DNA of 64,000 bases from Spirulina sp. CCY15215 (GTDB lineage Bacteria; Cyanobacteriota; Cyanobacteriia; Cyanobacteriales; Spirulinaceae): positions 37,917 through 101,916 of the forward strand of contig NZ_JACSWA010000582.1 in assembly GCF_016888125.1 (NCBI RefSeq), given 5' to 3'. Position 1 is the first letter of the stretch; every line of letters begins with the position of its first letter. The position numbers and the translations under genes are program-made. The notes below the pieces were generated by a model. It saw only the letters and a program-made list of their open reading frames with translations, was not told the origin of the DNA and made no database searches. This document shows, in pieces, positions 10,064-20,500 of this stretch.

Positions 10064-11041
10064 AACAACCATTCCTTCACTAGCTAGAGAGGCTTTCGGA
10101 AAAATTTCCTTGAGTTGTTTGTCAATGCGATCGAGATAGTCATCAGAATGATCGGGGTTGTGCAAAGAGATCATCACTTCTTTTACACCCGCTTCTTTCG
10201 CGAGGGAAATACAAAACTTCCACGTCTTATCAAATTCTGGATTGATTTGCTCAATCTCTCCTTCTCCTTTTCCTTTTCCTTCTCCTTTTCCTTCTCCTTT
10301 TCCCTCTCCTTTTCCTTCTCCTTTATAAACAGTTCTGGTATAAACAGTTCTGGGAGATGCCAAGATGAGTAAATCCGCTTGATCTGCTAATTTTAATAAT
10401 TTTTCAGTATTGGGACTATTGTTTTCTAAAGAATAGTCCGAACTCATTGCATAAACAACTGATTTGTTCAGACAAGTGACACGATACCCAACCGAACGAT
10501 GATGATGATTGAGAAGCATATTTTCAATGATAATATCATTGCCAATACACTGTTTTTCCTCAATTTCTAAATCATAAAAGTCCAATTTGGACTGCATGAC
10601 TTGAATGGGAACTGGAAAATTTGGACCGAGCATTTGCTTGCTCAGACGTTGCTGAAAAGATGAGCCATTAGAAGCTGTCGCACCATAGATGTGAAAGTGA
10701 TTGATGGGAATAAAAGCCGGAACAAAAAAAGGAAAGCCTTGAATTCTGTCCCAGTGACAATGGGTAAAGAAGATATGAGACTCTATCGGCATTCTACTGA
10801 GGAGATGATTCCCCAAAATCCGCAATCCCGTGCCACCATCAAAGATGAGGCTATGTTTTCCCACGCGCATTTCTACACAGGAAGTATTCCCACCATAGCG
10901 AATGGTATTTTTCCCTGGAGTCGCGATTTGATCTCTAACGCCCCAAAACTGCACATCAAAGCTCACAGCAAGGCTTTCCTCCTGGACATCAGTGTTCGGC
11001 ATTGCTAAGTTAACGGCTGCTGGCTGGATATCTGGTGGCAT
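10055..11041 (-). CDS. MBL-fold metallo-hydrolase with internal (KGEG)n low-complexity insertion
   Basis: The HxHxDH-type motif FFTHCHWDRIQG and the overall beta-lactamase-fold layout are present. The insertion TVYTRTVYKGEGKGEGKGEGKGEGKGKGEGE is encoded by 12-bp tandem repeats. Confidence 0.65.
   Translation of the reverse strand: MPPDIQPAAVNLAMPNTDVQEESLAVSFDVQFWGVRDQIATPGKNTIRYGGNTSCVEMRVGKHSLIFDGGTGLRILGNHLLSRMPIESHIFFTHCHWDRIQGFPFFVPAFIPINHFHIYGATASNGSSFQQRLSKQMLGPNFPVPIQVMQSKLDFYDLEIEEKQCIGNDIIIENMLLNHHHRSVGYRVTCLNKSVVYAMSSDYSLENNSPNTEKLLKLADQADLLILASPRTVYTRTVYKGEGKGEGKGEGKGEGKGKGEGEIEQINPEFDKTWKFCISLAKEAGVKEVMISLHNPDHSDDYLDRIDKQLKEIFPKASLASEGMVVSI
10258..10352. repeat. intragenic tandem repeats (12-bp CCTTTTCCTTCT-type x6; 13-bp TATAAACAGTTCTGG x2)
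   Basis: Directly visible in the sequence. They encode the KGEG and RTVY repeats inside the MBL-fold gene. Confidence 0.8.
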
Positions 11042-11494
11042 AAATATTAGATTGGTTTAAGCCTTGGGTTAGCAGCTATCGAAAAGTATATCTTGGTCTT
11101 TCCAGTTTCTCAACTTTTTTGTTTCTCATTCAGCAATCTCATTCAGGAAATTGTGTTTGATGGAGAAGAAGGGGTGAGAGACGGATGAAACTGTTAATCA
11201 AAATTTCTTAACAAAATTTTTTCTCAACAAACTAGAAAGATTTTAGAAAAGTGGTAGACGGTGTTCGCTGAAAGTTCAACAAGAGAAGCCAGGTAACAGA
11301 ACTATGAGTAGAACTCCAGAACTTCTCATGGTTGATATGCTCGTATAAACGCTTATATAACCATGATTTAGGCTTGCATCCCATTTTACCTCTACTGACA
11401 CCCCCGACGCATTCAGGAAATTTTAGCCCGAATTTCATACATATTAACGCGATCGGGAAAACTTAACTTGTGAGTTAAATCACAATAAGAGCAA

Positions 11495-12016
11495 CTAATG
11501 AGATCCTGATGAAGCAGCTTGAATGCAACGCTCAACTAGGGTCAGGACATCGGCAACATTTTTCCACCCTAAGATTTCAGTTTTCTTATTTTCGAGGTTT
11601 TTGTAGGAGCGGAAAAACTCGGCAATTTCGTCAAGGCGATGTTGAGCAACATTTTCTAAGGACTTGACTTGAGAATAGCGCGGATCTTTGACGGGAACAC
11701 AGATAATTTTTTCGTCGCGATCGCCGCCATCGATCATTTCTAGCATACCAATGGGGCGAGCGGGAATCACGCAACCTGGAAAAGTCGGCTGATCGATGAG
11801 TACCATGCCATCGAGGGGATCGCCATCATCGGCGAGGGTATTGGGAATAAAGCCGTAATCGTAGGGATACTGTACGGAAGAGTACAAAACACGATCGAGG
11901 GCAAAAGCATTCAAATCTTTATCAAATTCGTATTTATTCTTACTGCCTGCTGGAATTTCAATTAAGACGTTGATCGTACCTGGTTCGGGTTGAGGGGAAA
12001 TCCGCGATAAATCCAT
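11495..12016 (-). CDS. ppa: inorganic pyrophosphatase
   Basis: The internal Met MDLSRI gives 173 aa with the family I PPase signature DGDPLD and ...YPYDYGFIP... The ORF extends to 12094. Confidence 0.9.
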   Translation of the reverse strand: MDLSRISPQPEPGTINVLIEIPAGSKNKYEFDKDLNAFALDRVLYSSVQYPYDYGFIPNTLADDGDPLDGMVLIDQPTFPGCVIPARPIGMLEMIDGGDRDEKIICVPVKDPRYSQVKSLENVAQHRLDEIAEFFRSYKNLENKKTEILGWKNVADVLTLVERCIQAASSGSH

Positions 12017-12118
12017 AAACTTACTCCACACAAAGAAGAAATTGGCTGATAAAAACGACCGACAACGTGACGCGATCGCCGTTGCCTCGAGCATGATACC
12101 AGCAATTGGGACTCTGCG

Positions 12119-12607
12119 TTATTTTTGCGGCGAAGAATAAAGTTTAGAACGTTTCATCGCGAGGCGTTGAGAAGGATAAACTTGCTGCGGGGATGAGGGA
12201 AAGTTTGTAGCTTTTTCTGTAGTTTTTTCTGTAGTTTTTTCTGTAGTTGGCAATAATAAGGCATCCTGCGGACTCGGAGATGAGTAATAAGCGATCGCAA
12301 AAGTGGGAATAACCAAGGTTAAAATTGCGATCGCCATTCCCAAGACTTCAGCCCATCCTTGAGGGGGGGGGTCTGAAGCCGCTTCAACAGGGGTATTGCT
12401 GGATTCCATAAAGACTTTTGAACTCTGATTTGTTGTCGCGAGTAAAAACACAAGTAAAGACACAAGAAACCAATCGCTAAATGCCTTACTTCTTTTCTTA
12501 TTGTAGCGAGATTTTTTCTGGGAAGTGTTTCGGATGCAACTAAATCTGGGGAATTCTTTGTGCAAGCTGGGATTACGGCGATCGCTCAACCGATGAAATG
12601 AAGCCAC
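12119..12607 (-). CDS. hypothetical membrane protein with (TTEK)n repeat
   Basis: Hydrophobic segments are present. TTEKTTEKTTEKAT is encoded by 15-bp tandem repeats at 12203-12247. A G9 homopolymer at 12362-12370 encodes PPP. The start codon is uncertain. Confidence 0.3.
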   Translation of the reverse strand: MASFHRLSDRRNPSLHKEFPRFSCIRNTSQKKSRYNKKRSKAFSDWFLVSLLVFLLATTNQSSKVFMESSNTPVEAASDPPPQGWAEVLGMAIAILTLVIPTFAIAYYSSPSPQDALLLPTTEKTTEKTTEKATNFPSSPQQVYPSQRLAMKRSKLYSSPQK

Positions 12608-12873
12608 CGAAAAATTTCGGCGGCATCAAGAATAAGCAATCGGAGGGTATGGTGTAGTTTACAATTCCTTTTCTAGGACAGATGTTACAGATTTTACGAA
12701 ACCCAAAAATATCAAGGACGATAGGAAGCGACTCGATCTCCTCACCTTGTATGAACTCATAACGACTATGCTTTGATGATGAGACATCGCTTTTTGTCTG
12801 GGAATTTTTGTCTGGGAAATTGAGCAAGAAATTCAATTTGTTCCCGAAAAGTGGGAATCTTGAAAAAGATACG

Positions 12874-12959
12874 ACTTACGCAGCTAAGGAGCGAGACGCT
12901 CCCACTCCCGTATTCTCTTGTTATGGTAGTGGGGGCATCTTGCCCACTAATGCGTAAGT
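12874..12959. mobile_element. MITE-like small dispersed repeat with 9-bp terminal inverted repeats (ACTTACGCA / TGCGTAAGT)
   Basis: Terminal inverted repeats flank the internal palindrome GGAGCGAGACGCTCC and CCCACT...AGTGGG. Related copies lie at 42521-42647 (opposite orientation), 44795-44850 and 6918-6998. Confidence 0.5.
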
Positions 12960-13003
12960 CCTAAAAGACTCAAAAACTCAAAAATTGTCAGAGTGATTGA
13001 CTT

Positions 13004-14335
13004 ATGCCAGAAAAAGACCCAGAAATTATTGATAAAATTCGCCAACAATTTGATTTTGGTCCTTATCCTCAAGTTCCCTTGGATAAATCTCCTCAAGATA
13101 ATTTGGGCGTGCTATATACTCACAGTTTAGCAACCTCATACTACTTCAGAAATCGCCAACTCATTGACTCTACCGGAAAATTAATTTTAGATGCGGGGTG
13201 CGGTACGGGTTACAAATCATTAGCATTAGCGTATGCCAATCCTGGCGCAAAAATTGTTGGGGTCGATCTCTCCGAGCAATCCATTAAACTTGCTCGCGAG
13301 CGTTTAGAACATTATGATTTTAAGAATGCAGAATTTTTTGTGCTTTCTCTCTACGATCTGCCAAATTTGGGTTTGGAGTTTGACTATATTAATTGCGATG
13401 AAGTGCTGTATTTAATTCCTGAGCCTGTGCGAGCTTTGCAAGCAATGAAAGCTGTTTTAAAGCCTGATGGAATTATTCGCAGTAACTTGCACAGTAAATA
13501 TCAGCGCACGAATTTATTTCGCGCCCAAAAACTATTTGCGGCGATGGGATTGATGGATGAAAATCCAGAAGAAATGGCAATAGAAACTGTAATCGAAACC
13601 ATGAAATCGTTACAGGATTGGGTCGATCTAAAAAATAAAACATGGCCAAAGCAATTTGAAGAGAAAGAACAGCAAGGAGAGTTGTTAAGCAATCAACTAT
13701 TGCAAGGCGATCGCGGCTTTACAACTCCCGAATTATTTTCTCTTTTGAGAGAAGCCAATCTAGAATTTATCAGCATGGCGAATTGGCGACAGTGGGATAT
13801 CGAGAAGCTGTTTAAAGAACCTGATAATTTACCCGTATTTTGGGCATTGGCTTTGCCCGAAGCCACCCTTGAGGAAAAATTACACTTGTATGAATTGCTG
13901 CATCCCAATTATCGACTCTTGGACTTTTGGTGCGGTCACTCCGATCGCGCTTGTCCTTCCACGTCAATAGAAGAGTGGAGTGATGAAGATTGGGAAACGG
14001 CGATCGTCGATTTACATCCGATCGCCAAAATGCCACCTATTCAGGAAGCTCTAGAAGAAGCTCGCCAGACCTTGCAATTGTTACCCTTAAGTCAAAAAGT
14101 GCCTATTGCAGGAGGACAGCAGGTTTCCCTTGATATAACCATCGCTTCTTGTCTTTTTCCACCCCTATTCGAGTCTCCTCAACCTTTTTCTACTCTACTG
14201 GAGCGTTGGCAACTCCTCAGACCTGTCAATTTAGAAACCCTAGAACCAACAACTCGCGCCGAAAGCAGCCAACTTTTGCGAAATACGCTGACTGGACTAG
14301 AGGCACTGGGGTATGCCTTCTTAGGGCGATCGTAA
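13004..14335 (+). CDS. class I SAM-dependent methyltransferase
   Basis: Motif I LDAGCGTGYKSLALA and the acidic motif II VGVDLS are present. A long C-terminal extension is of unknown function. Confidence 0.7.
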   Translation: MPEKDPEIIDKIRQQFDFGPYPQVPLDKSPQDNLGVLYTHSLATSYYFRNRQLIDSTGKLILDAGCGTGYKSLALAYANPGAKIVGVDLSEQSIKLARERLEHYDFKNAEFFVLSLYDLPNLGLEFDYINCDEVLYLIPEPVRALQAMKAVLKPDGIIRSNLHSKYQRTNLFRAQKLFAAMGLMDENPEEMAIETVIETMKSLQDWVDLKNKTWPKQFEEKEQQGELLSNQLLQGDRGFTTPELFSLLREANLEFISMANWRQWDIEKLFKEPDNLPVFWALALPEATLEEKLHLYELLHPNYRLLDFWCGHSDRACPSTSIEEWSDEDWETAIVDLHPIAKMPPIQEALEEARQTLQLLPLSQKVPIAGGQQVSLDITIASCLFPPLFESPQPFSTLLERWQLLRPVNLETLEPTTRAESSQLLRNTLTGLEALGYAFLGRS

Positions 14336-14419
14336 CAGAAAAATTTCTGGGAGAGGCGATCGCAAACAGGAAAAATATGGGTACGTTATCCATAAGACGG
14401 GACGCACAGTCTTATAACA

Positions 14420-15100
14420 ATGACTAGGAGAGCATTAAACATGAATCTAAAACCGGAATTTCAAACAAAATTTCTACAGTACCTGAACAAGCATAAGCAA
14501 GACGATGAAGGTTTTACCTTGATCGAACTGCTGGTTGTTATCATCATTATCGGGATTTTGGCGGCGATCGCCCTTCCCTCCTTGTTGAGTCAAGCCAATA
14601 AAGGCAAGCAAGCTGAGGCACGCCAAAACGTCGGCGCAGTCGTTCGAGCCGAACAAGCATTCATGCTTGAGAAGGGTTTCTTGACCACAAGTATGATCAG
14701 CCTTGGTCTTGGTCTCCAAACTGCTACTGTGAATTATACCTATATACTCAAGGGAGCAGGAGGTACAGATCCTCAGTTTAACGCTATAGCAGCTAATGGC
14801 AGCCCTAATGCTCGGGCTCTGAAGGCTTATGTTGGGATCGTTGGTGCAGCCGAAATAACTCAAAACGGCGTTACAGAGGCAGCTGCTATTGGTTTTGTGT
14901 GTGAGTCTCAAGGTATTGCAACTGATAACAAGCCGAGTGGTACAGGTGATGTAGCCTCTCAAATAGCTCCGCCAGCTGTTGCCCCTGCTGCGTTCGCAGA
15001 CCAAGCCTGTAATGCTGATGCAGCTGATGGCAATAATGGTAAAACCGCAATAACTGCCCCTGGAGGTAACTACAAAAGTTGGAAGTCTCTTGGCCGTTAA
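14420..15100 (+). CDS. type IV pilin-like protein (prepilin N-terminal cleavage/methylation domain)
   Basis: A leader sequence ends ...DDEG|FTLIELLVVIIIIGILAAIALPS, the canonical prepilin peptidase site followed by a hydrophobic helix. The C-terminus is Ala/Gly-rich. Confidence 0.7.
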   Translation: MTRRALNMNLKPEFQTKFLQYLNKHKQDDEGFTLIELLVVIIIIGILAAIALPSLLSQANKGKQAEARQNVGAVVRAEQAFMLEKGFLTTSMISLGLGLQTATVNYTYILKGAGGTDPQFNAIAANGSPNARALKAYVGIVGAAEITQNGVTEAAAIGFVCESQGIATDNKPSGTGDVASQIAPPAVAPAAFADQACNADAADGNNGKTAITAPGGNYKSWKSLGR

Positions 15101-15122
15101 TTGAACAGTTCTCCCGCGCAGT

Positions 15123-15151
15123 CCCCATCTAAAATCTTAATTTAGATGGGG
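15123..15151 (+). terminator. stem-loop terminator candidate after pilin gene
   Basis: CCCCATCTAAA-ATCTTAA-TTTAGATGGGG forms a perfect 11-bp stem. The U-tract is weak. Confidence 0.45.
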
Positions 15152-15190
15152 TTAGTGGGAGAAATCAGTTTCCTACTGTTGGCAGGGTGA

Positions 15191-17479
15191 GTGGGTAATA
15201 AGCAAGTTGCTTCTACTCACTCTTTGTTTTTCCTTCAAGTTACTTTTTATTGTATGTCTCTTGAGGTTGATTGGGGTCAGTGCGGTGAAAATGCTTACGA
15301 AGTGGGCGATTTTGCTCGAGCCGCCGAGTGTTACGAACAAGCACTTCTAGCAGAGCCAGAGGGAACGGTTTATTATTGGCAGTTGGGTCTGGTGTTATTA
15401 CTGCAAGGCAAAGCAGATGAGGCACAGACGACTTGGTTGTTAAGGATGCTTGAGGGCAGTTCAGAGCAAGTTGAAAGCTGGACTGAAGAGTTGAAAGGAA
15501 TTCTTCTCCAAGCTGCTCAGAAACAGGAACAACAGAAAAACAAGCAGTTGGTTTGGGAAATTCGCAACCAAATCCAAGAAGTCGATCCCACCGATCTTGA
15601 CAATGGTTTGCACCTCTTAGAACTGGCAATTCAACTCGGCAACTATAGCGGTGAAGAGATTCAAGCGTTTAATATTATTGAACTTCTACAACAAAAATCC
15701 CCAGCAGAAATTCAATTCAATCGACTCATATTTTTACTACAACAAATTTTAGGCACGACTCCATTACATTCCTCATTTTTGGAATTAGCGGAAGCTATTT
15801 TAAATAGAGTTCAAAATAGCAACCAACAGCTTAACCTTTTCAATCTATTATTAGAATCTTCTATAAAAATTGGTTTTTTTCAACAACAGCCCAAAATTGC
15901 AGCAAAACTGGCGGAGTTTGCCTTGAGATTGTACCCCAAAGATCCGGAGGCAACGAATCATTTAGCAAGACTATATCAAGATTCTCAGCAGCATGAAAAG
16001 GGGATCGAAGTTGCTCGAGAGTATGTTTTGCTGGTTGAGTCTCTTGCAGATAAAATTTTTGCGAGTTCTACCCTCTTGAGAGCTTTAATGAATACTGGTG
16101 GGCATTGGCATGAAGCTCGCGATCTTTTTCAAAAGCATCAAGAACTAATTCAAGAGGCGATCGCGCAACGTCCTCAAGATTTAAGTCAGCTTCAGATTTT
16201 GCGCGTATTCAATAGTTATTTTTTTGCTCCCTACTTCCAAGATTTACCCAGAGAAAACCGTACTATTCAAAATAAAATTATAGAAGTTTGTCAAGAAAAC
16301 ACGCATTTTCAATATGAAGAATTAATTAAAAAACTTCACCAAGATCGTCAAAAACACCAACAAGATCGAGAGAGAAAACTACCTAAGCGCTTGAAAATAG
16401 GTTATTTATCTGCTTGTTTGAAAGAACATTCCGTCGGGTGGTTAGCAAGATGGTTAATTCAGCACCACGATCGCGAAAAATTTGCCATCTATGAATATTT
16501 AATTGGCGATCGAGATTTTACGACTCCTCTAGAAGAGTGGTATATGGCTCAAGCTGATGAATTTTACAAATCTAGTTTAAGTGCAGAAATTGCTAACAAA
16601 ATCGCTGAAGACAAAATTGATATATTAATAGATTTAGATAGTATTACAGTAGATATTACTTTTGCGATCGCATCTCTCAAACCGGCTCCCATTCAAATAA
16701 CTTGGTTGGGATGGGATGCCTCGGGACTCTCTACAATTGATTATTTTATTGCCGATCCTTACGTTTTACCCGACTATGCTCAAGAGTATTATCAAGAAAA
16801 AATCTGGCGTTTACCCCAGACTTACATTGCTGTTGATGGATTTGAAGTCGGTGTACCAACCTTAAGACGCGATGATTTAGATATTGAAGAAGATGCTGTC
16901 ATCTACTACAGCACTCAAACAGGATATAAACGTCATTTAGAGACAGTGCGCTTACAACTAAAAATTATTAAGGAAGTCCCAAAAAGTTATTTTTGTATCA
17001 AAGGAACTTCGGATAAGGAAGCTATGCAAAATATCTTTTTGTCTCTTGCAGAAGCAGAAGGAATTGCTGGCGATCGCTTGCGTTTTTTGGATGTTGATAA
17101 GACAGAATCTATTCATCGTGCTAATTTAGGCATAATGGATATAGTTTTAGATACTTATCCCTATAATGGTGCAACAACAACATTAGAAACCCTTTGGATG
17201 GGTGTTCCTTTAGTTACGAGAGTTGGCGAACAATTTTCGGCACGCAATAGTTATTCCATGATGATGAACGCGGGAATTACAGAAGGAATTGCTTGGAGTG
17301 ATGAAGAGTATATTGAGTGGGGAATACGTTTAGGAAAAGATGCAACATTGCGACAAAATATAGCATGGAAATTACGCCAATCTCGCCATACTTCTCCTCT
17401 TTGGAATGGCAAGCAATTTGCTCGTGAAATGGAAGAATCCTATCAGAAAATGTGGAATATTTATCAGCAGGAGAATTGA
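15191..17479 (+). CDS. TPR-repeat protein with C-terminal O-GlcNAc-transferase-like (GT41) domain
   Basis: The N-terminal half carries TPR-like repeats. The C-terminal part (DYFIADPYVLP...LDTYPYNGATTTLETLWMGVPLVT) matches the SPINDLY/OGT catalytic region. Confidence 0.7.
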   Translation: MGNKQVASTHSLFFLQVTFYCMSLEVDWGQCGENAYEVGDFARAAECYEQALLAEPEGTVYYWQLGLVLLLQGKADEAQTTWLLRMLEGSSEQVESWTEELKGILLQAAQKQEQQKNKQLVWEIRNQIQEVDPTDLDNGLHLLELAIQLGNYSGEEIQAFNIIELLQQKSPAEIQFNRLIFLLQQILGTTPLHSSFLELAEAILNRVQNSNQQLNLFNLLLESSIKIGFFQQQPKIAAKLAEFALRLYPKDPEATNHLARLYQDSQQHEKGIEVAREYVLLVESLADKIFASSTLLRALMNTGGHWHEARDLFQKHQELIQEAIAQRPQDLSQLQILRVFNSYFFAPYFQDLPRENRTIQNKIIEVCQENTHFQYEELIKKLHQDRQKHQQDRERKLPKRLKIGYLSACLKEHSVGWLARWLIQHHDREKFAIYEYLIGDRDFTTPLEEWYMAQADEFYKSSLSAEIANKIAEDKIDILIDLDSITVDITFAIASLKPAPIQITWLGWDASGLSTIDYFIADPYVLPDYAQEYYQEKIWRLPQTYIAVDGFEVGVPTLRRDDLDIEEDAVIYYSTQTGYKRHLETVRLQLKIIKEVPKSYFCIKGTSDKEAMQNIFLSLAEAEGIAGDRLRFLDVDKTESIHRANLGIMDIVLDTYPYNGATTTLETLWMGVPLVTRVGEQFSARNSYSMMMNAGITEGIAWSDEEYIEWGIRLGKDATLRQNIAWKLRQSRHTSPLWNGKQFAREMEESYQKMWNIYQQEN

Positions 17480-17535
17480 ATTTTGATGGCAAATGCTAAA
17501 TCGGATTAATCTCCTTCAAAAAGAGCCGAAACAAT

Positions 17536-20500
17536 TTACAATTCTGCTAAAGAACAAGCGGTTAAACGATCTGCTTTGATTTCTGCGATCGCCTCCCCAT
17601 TTTCCACAGGTAAAAGAATCCGTTGTTGGAGTCGAGGGAATAATGCCTCCCACTGAACTTGTGCCATTGGTTGAATATAACTAATGGTTATCCCTTCACT
17701 CACATCCAAATCCTCCATCATCAGTAAATTCATCACCACTCCCGATAATAAGAGATTTACATCGTCTTCTATCCCTTCTTCCATATAGAGTAGTAGAGTC
17801 ATTTTCTCGCGATCGCGATGAGTTGCAATTTTTTTCAGTAACTCGCTAAAAATATCCCCTAAAACCTCTTCCGATCGCGTCCAATCTGGAAACACAATCC
17901 AATTTATCTCTTGTAAATTTAACGGTAATAACGTGGTTTCAATCAACTCTAGACTAACTGTTTGTGCCATCGTTGGCCAAGTGAATTTCTCTGCTTGTTG
18001 CAATCCTAAAGTAATTAGAGAACTTCGGACATTGGGTTTTTGGACTTCGCAGAGTGCATTCATCATCTCGTCAATATTCCCCGCATTGGCATAAATTGCC
18101 GCTTCTCCTGCGACTTCTGGAATGGAAGCATTAGGTGTTGTAATGACCGGACATCCAGACGCTAATGCCTCCAAAATTGGTAAGCCGAATCCTTCATAAA
18201 GTGACGGATAAACTAAAGCAACTGCACCACAATATGCCAACCTTAATTCTTCATCGCTTAAAATCAAGGTATGAACGACAATACCGGGGACAAAGTTTCT
18301 TAAACTTTCTTCTAAAAGACCTTGATTGCCCGTACAAACTAACTCAAATCCTTGTTTAGTACATAATTGAGAGAAGGCTTGAAAAAATAATTGTGAGTTT
18401 TTATAACCCGTTCCAGGGGCAACTAATAGAAAATAAGGTTTGCTAATCCCATACTTAAATTTAAAGCGAAGGATATCTTCTTCTGGTGCAGGGAAAAACA
18501 GATCGGAAACACCACAGGAAGCGACGGTAATCGATTCGATATCGGTATATATTTTCTGACAATCTCGTGCCGTATTTTCTGAAATAGCTAGATAAGTTGA
18601 GGCATATTGAATTGCTTCTTGCTTCTCTTGCCACATTGGTTCTTGTAAATTTGCTCCTAATACTTCTGGAATCATATCGTATAGCAGAAGAGCAGATGGC
18701 GTTGAGAGAGGAATACTATAGTACGTTGATATAAAAACATCTATTCCTTCGCGATCGCAGATGTCTTGCAGTAGAGCGCGGTCTTTGTCCAGATTATTAT
18801 AGTTATGAAGTGGAATAGTTCGATAGCGAATTCCGGGAATTTTAGGAGCGCTTCCCCCTCGATCTAAAACTAAGAGATGTTGAGAAAAACCAGATTTAAC
18901 CCATTCTTGGAATAAACTTTTCCAGACTCGGGCAATGCCTGTATTGTAGTATTGAAAAAATACGCCATCAATTAAAATTTTAGGAGATTCTAGCGTTTTG
19001 AAAGCAACGGATTGCGTTGTAGGAGGTTTAACGAATTTCCACTCTGATTCTGTTTCGTGACGCTGTAAAATTGGGCTAATTCCTAAAGATTGCGAGCGAT
19101 CGATCATTGTATCATCTGCAACCCATGCAAAATATTCTCTCAAGAGTACAGGAAATTTCTGTTCTGCCTGTAAATTTTGCCACTGTACTAAAGCATTATG
19201 ATAGCCATAATATTTTTCTTTAAATTGAAGTTGCTCGGCTAATACATAGGCAAAATGTTGAAAAATAAGACCTTTTTTCTCAGTTTCTTCGTGTAAGAAA
19301 GGATTTACTTTAGCAATATCTTGCCACTGACCATTAGGTAATGGTTTTCCTAAAATAGGAGGTTCATGAGCCACCCATTGACATCCAGGTTGAAATCGCC
19401 AAGTTCTTAACCAATCTTGTTGAGGATTTTGACTATAACAATTTCGCGTACTCACAACTAATTTTTCGCTAACAAAATACCAACACCAATAAAATGCTGC
19501 TGTTTTTTGAGGGTTTGTTATAAACAGTTTACGAACCGTGTCGATTTGCTCTTCGGTCCATAATTCATCTACATCAATTTGCCACAATAAGCATTCTTCT
19601 CTGATGTTTTCTAAAGGAGCATTCACCATTTCTCGTTTACCATCCCAAAATTCTCCCTCGGGTTTTCGGTAAATTGTAATATTATCGGGATACTTGCTTG
19701 CCAATTCGTCCAAATAAGCAGATGTTCCATCTTTACTTAAACCGCGATCGTGCAATTCATCTGCGATCGTTCCTCCTAAACGAACACTCCAAGCTGTATC
19801 GTGTTTGAGGTCAGCTACTCCTTCCACAATATGCCAGTGCCATTGAAAGGGAAGTTTTTTGAAAATATCAATATGATAGCGAATAAAAGGTTCTCCATTT
19901 AACACAATTGTAAAGAAATGGATGGGAATTGATGTGAAGGCAAGATAATTTTCGTAGAAGGAAGTCGAGTTAGTTACTAATGCTCCAATTTCACCTTCTG
20001 GAGTAATTTCATGACATTCGTAATCATTTTGGATTAATATTTTAAAAACTTCTTTGGCTTCTCTATTAAAACCTTCTAGCATTTTTTGCGATATTTCAAA
20101 TTGAATGTATCTAATTTTCTTTTGACTTAAAAGATTTTGGCATCCTTTTAAAACATCACTTTCTGCACCTTCAACATCTATTTTAAGAAAATAAATCTGC
20201 TCAATGTTTTCAGTTTCACAAAATTTATCTAATGTAATCGCTTCTACTTTTTCAATGTTAACAATCGGCACAACAGAATGTTTTCCCGATGGATCTTGCA
20301 TTATGGGCTTTCCTAGACTATTCCACGCCGAATATTCTTCAGGAAATTCATTGAATTCAATATCTGTATTGGTAGAATATACCGCTTTTTGAATTGCAGC
20401 AATGTTTTGCAGATCGTAATCTTGTATGCGTTTTTTCAGTTGTTCGTAGGAGGTTTTTGTTGGTTCAAAAGCGTAAACTCGACCAAAATAACCTACAAGC

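Noticed and set aside
11232-11438. 68-aa ORF in the long spacer upstream of ppa
   Set aside because: No RBS context judged convincing and a low-complexity composition. Treated as non-coding; see the ncRNA candidate finding.
14474-15128. 176-aa and 80-aa ORFs antisense to the pilin-like gene
   Set aside because: Antisense shadow ORFs. The Cys-rich, low-complexity translations are implausible.
15240-15629. 129-aa ORF antisense within the TPR/OGT gene
   Set aside because: Shadow ORF within a long gene with a convincing domain architecture.
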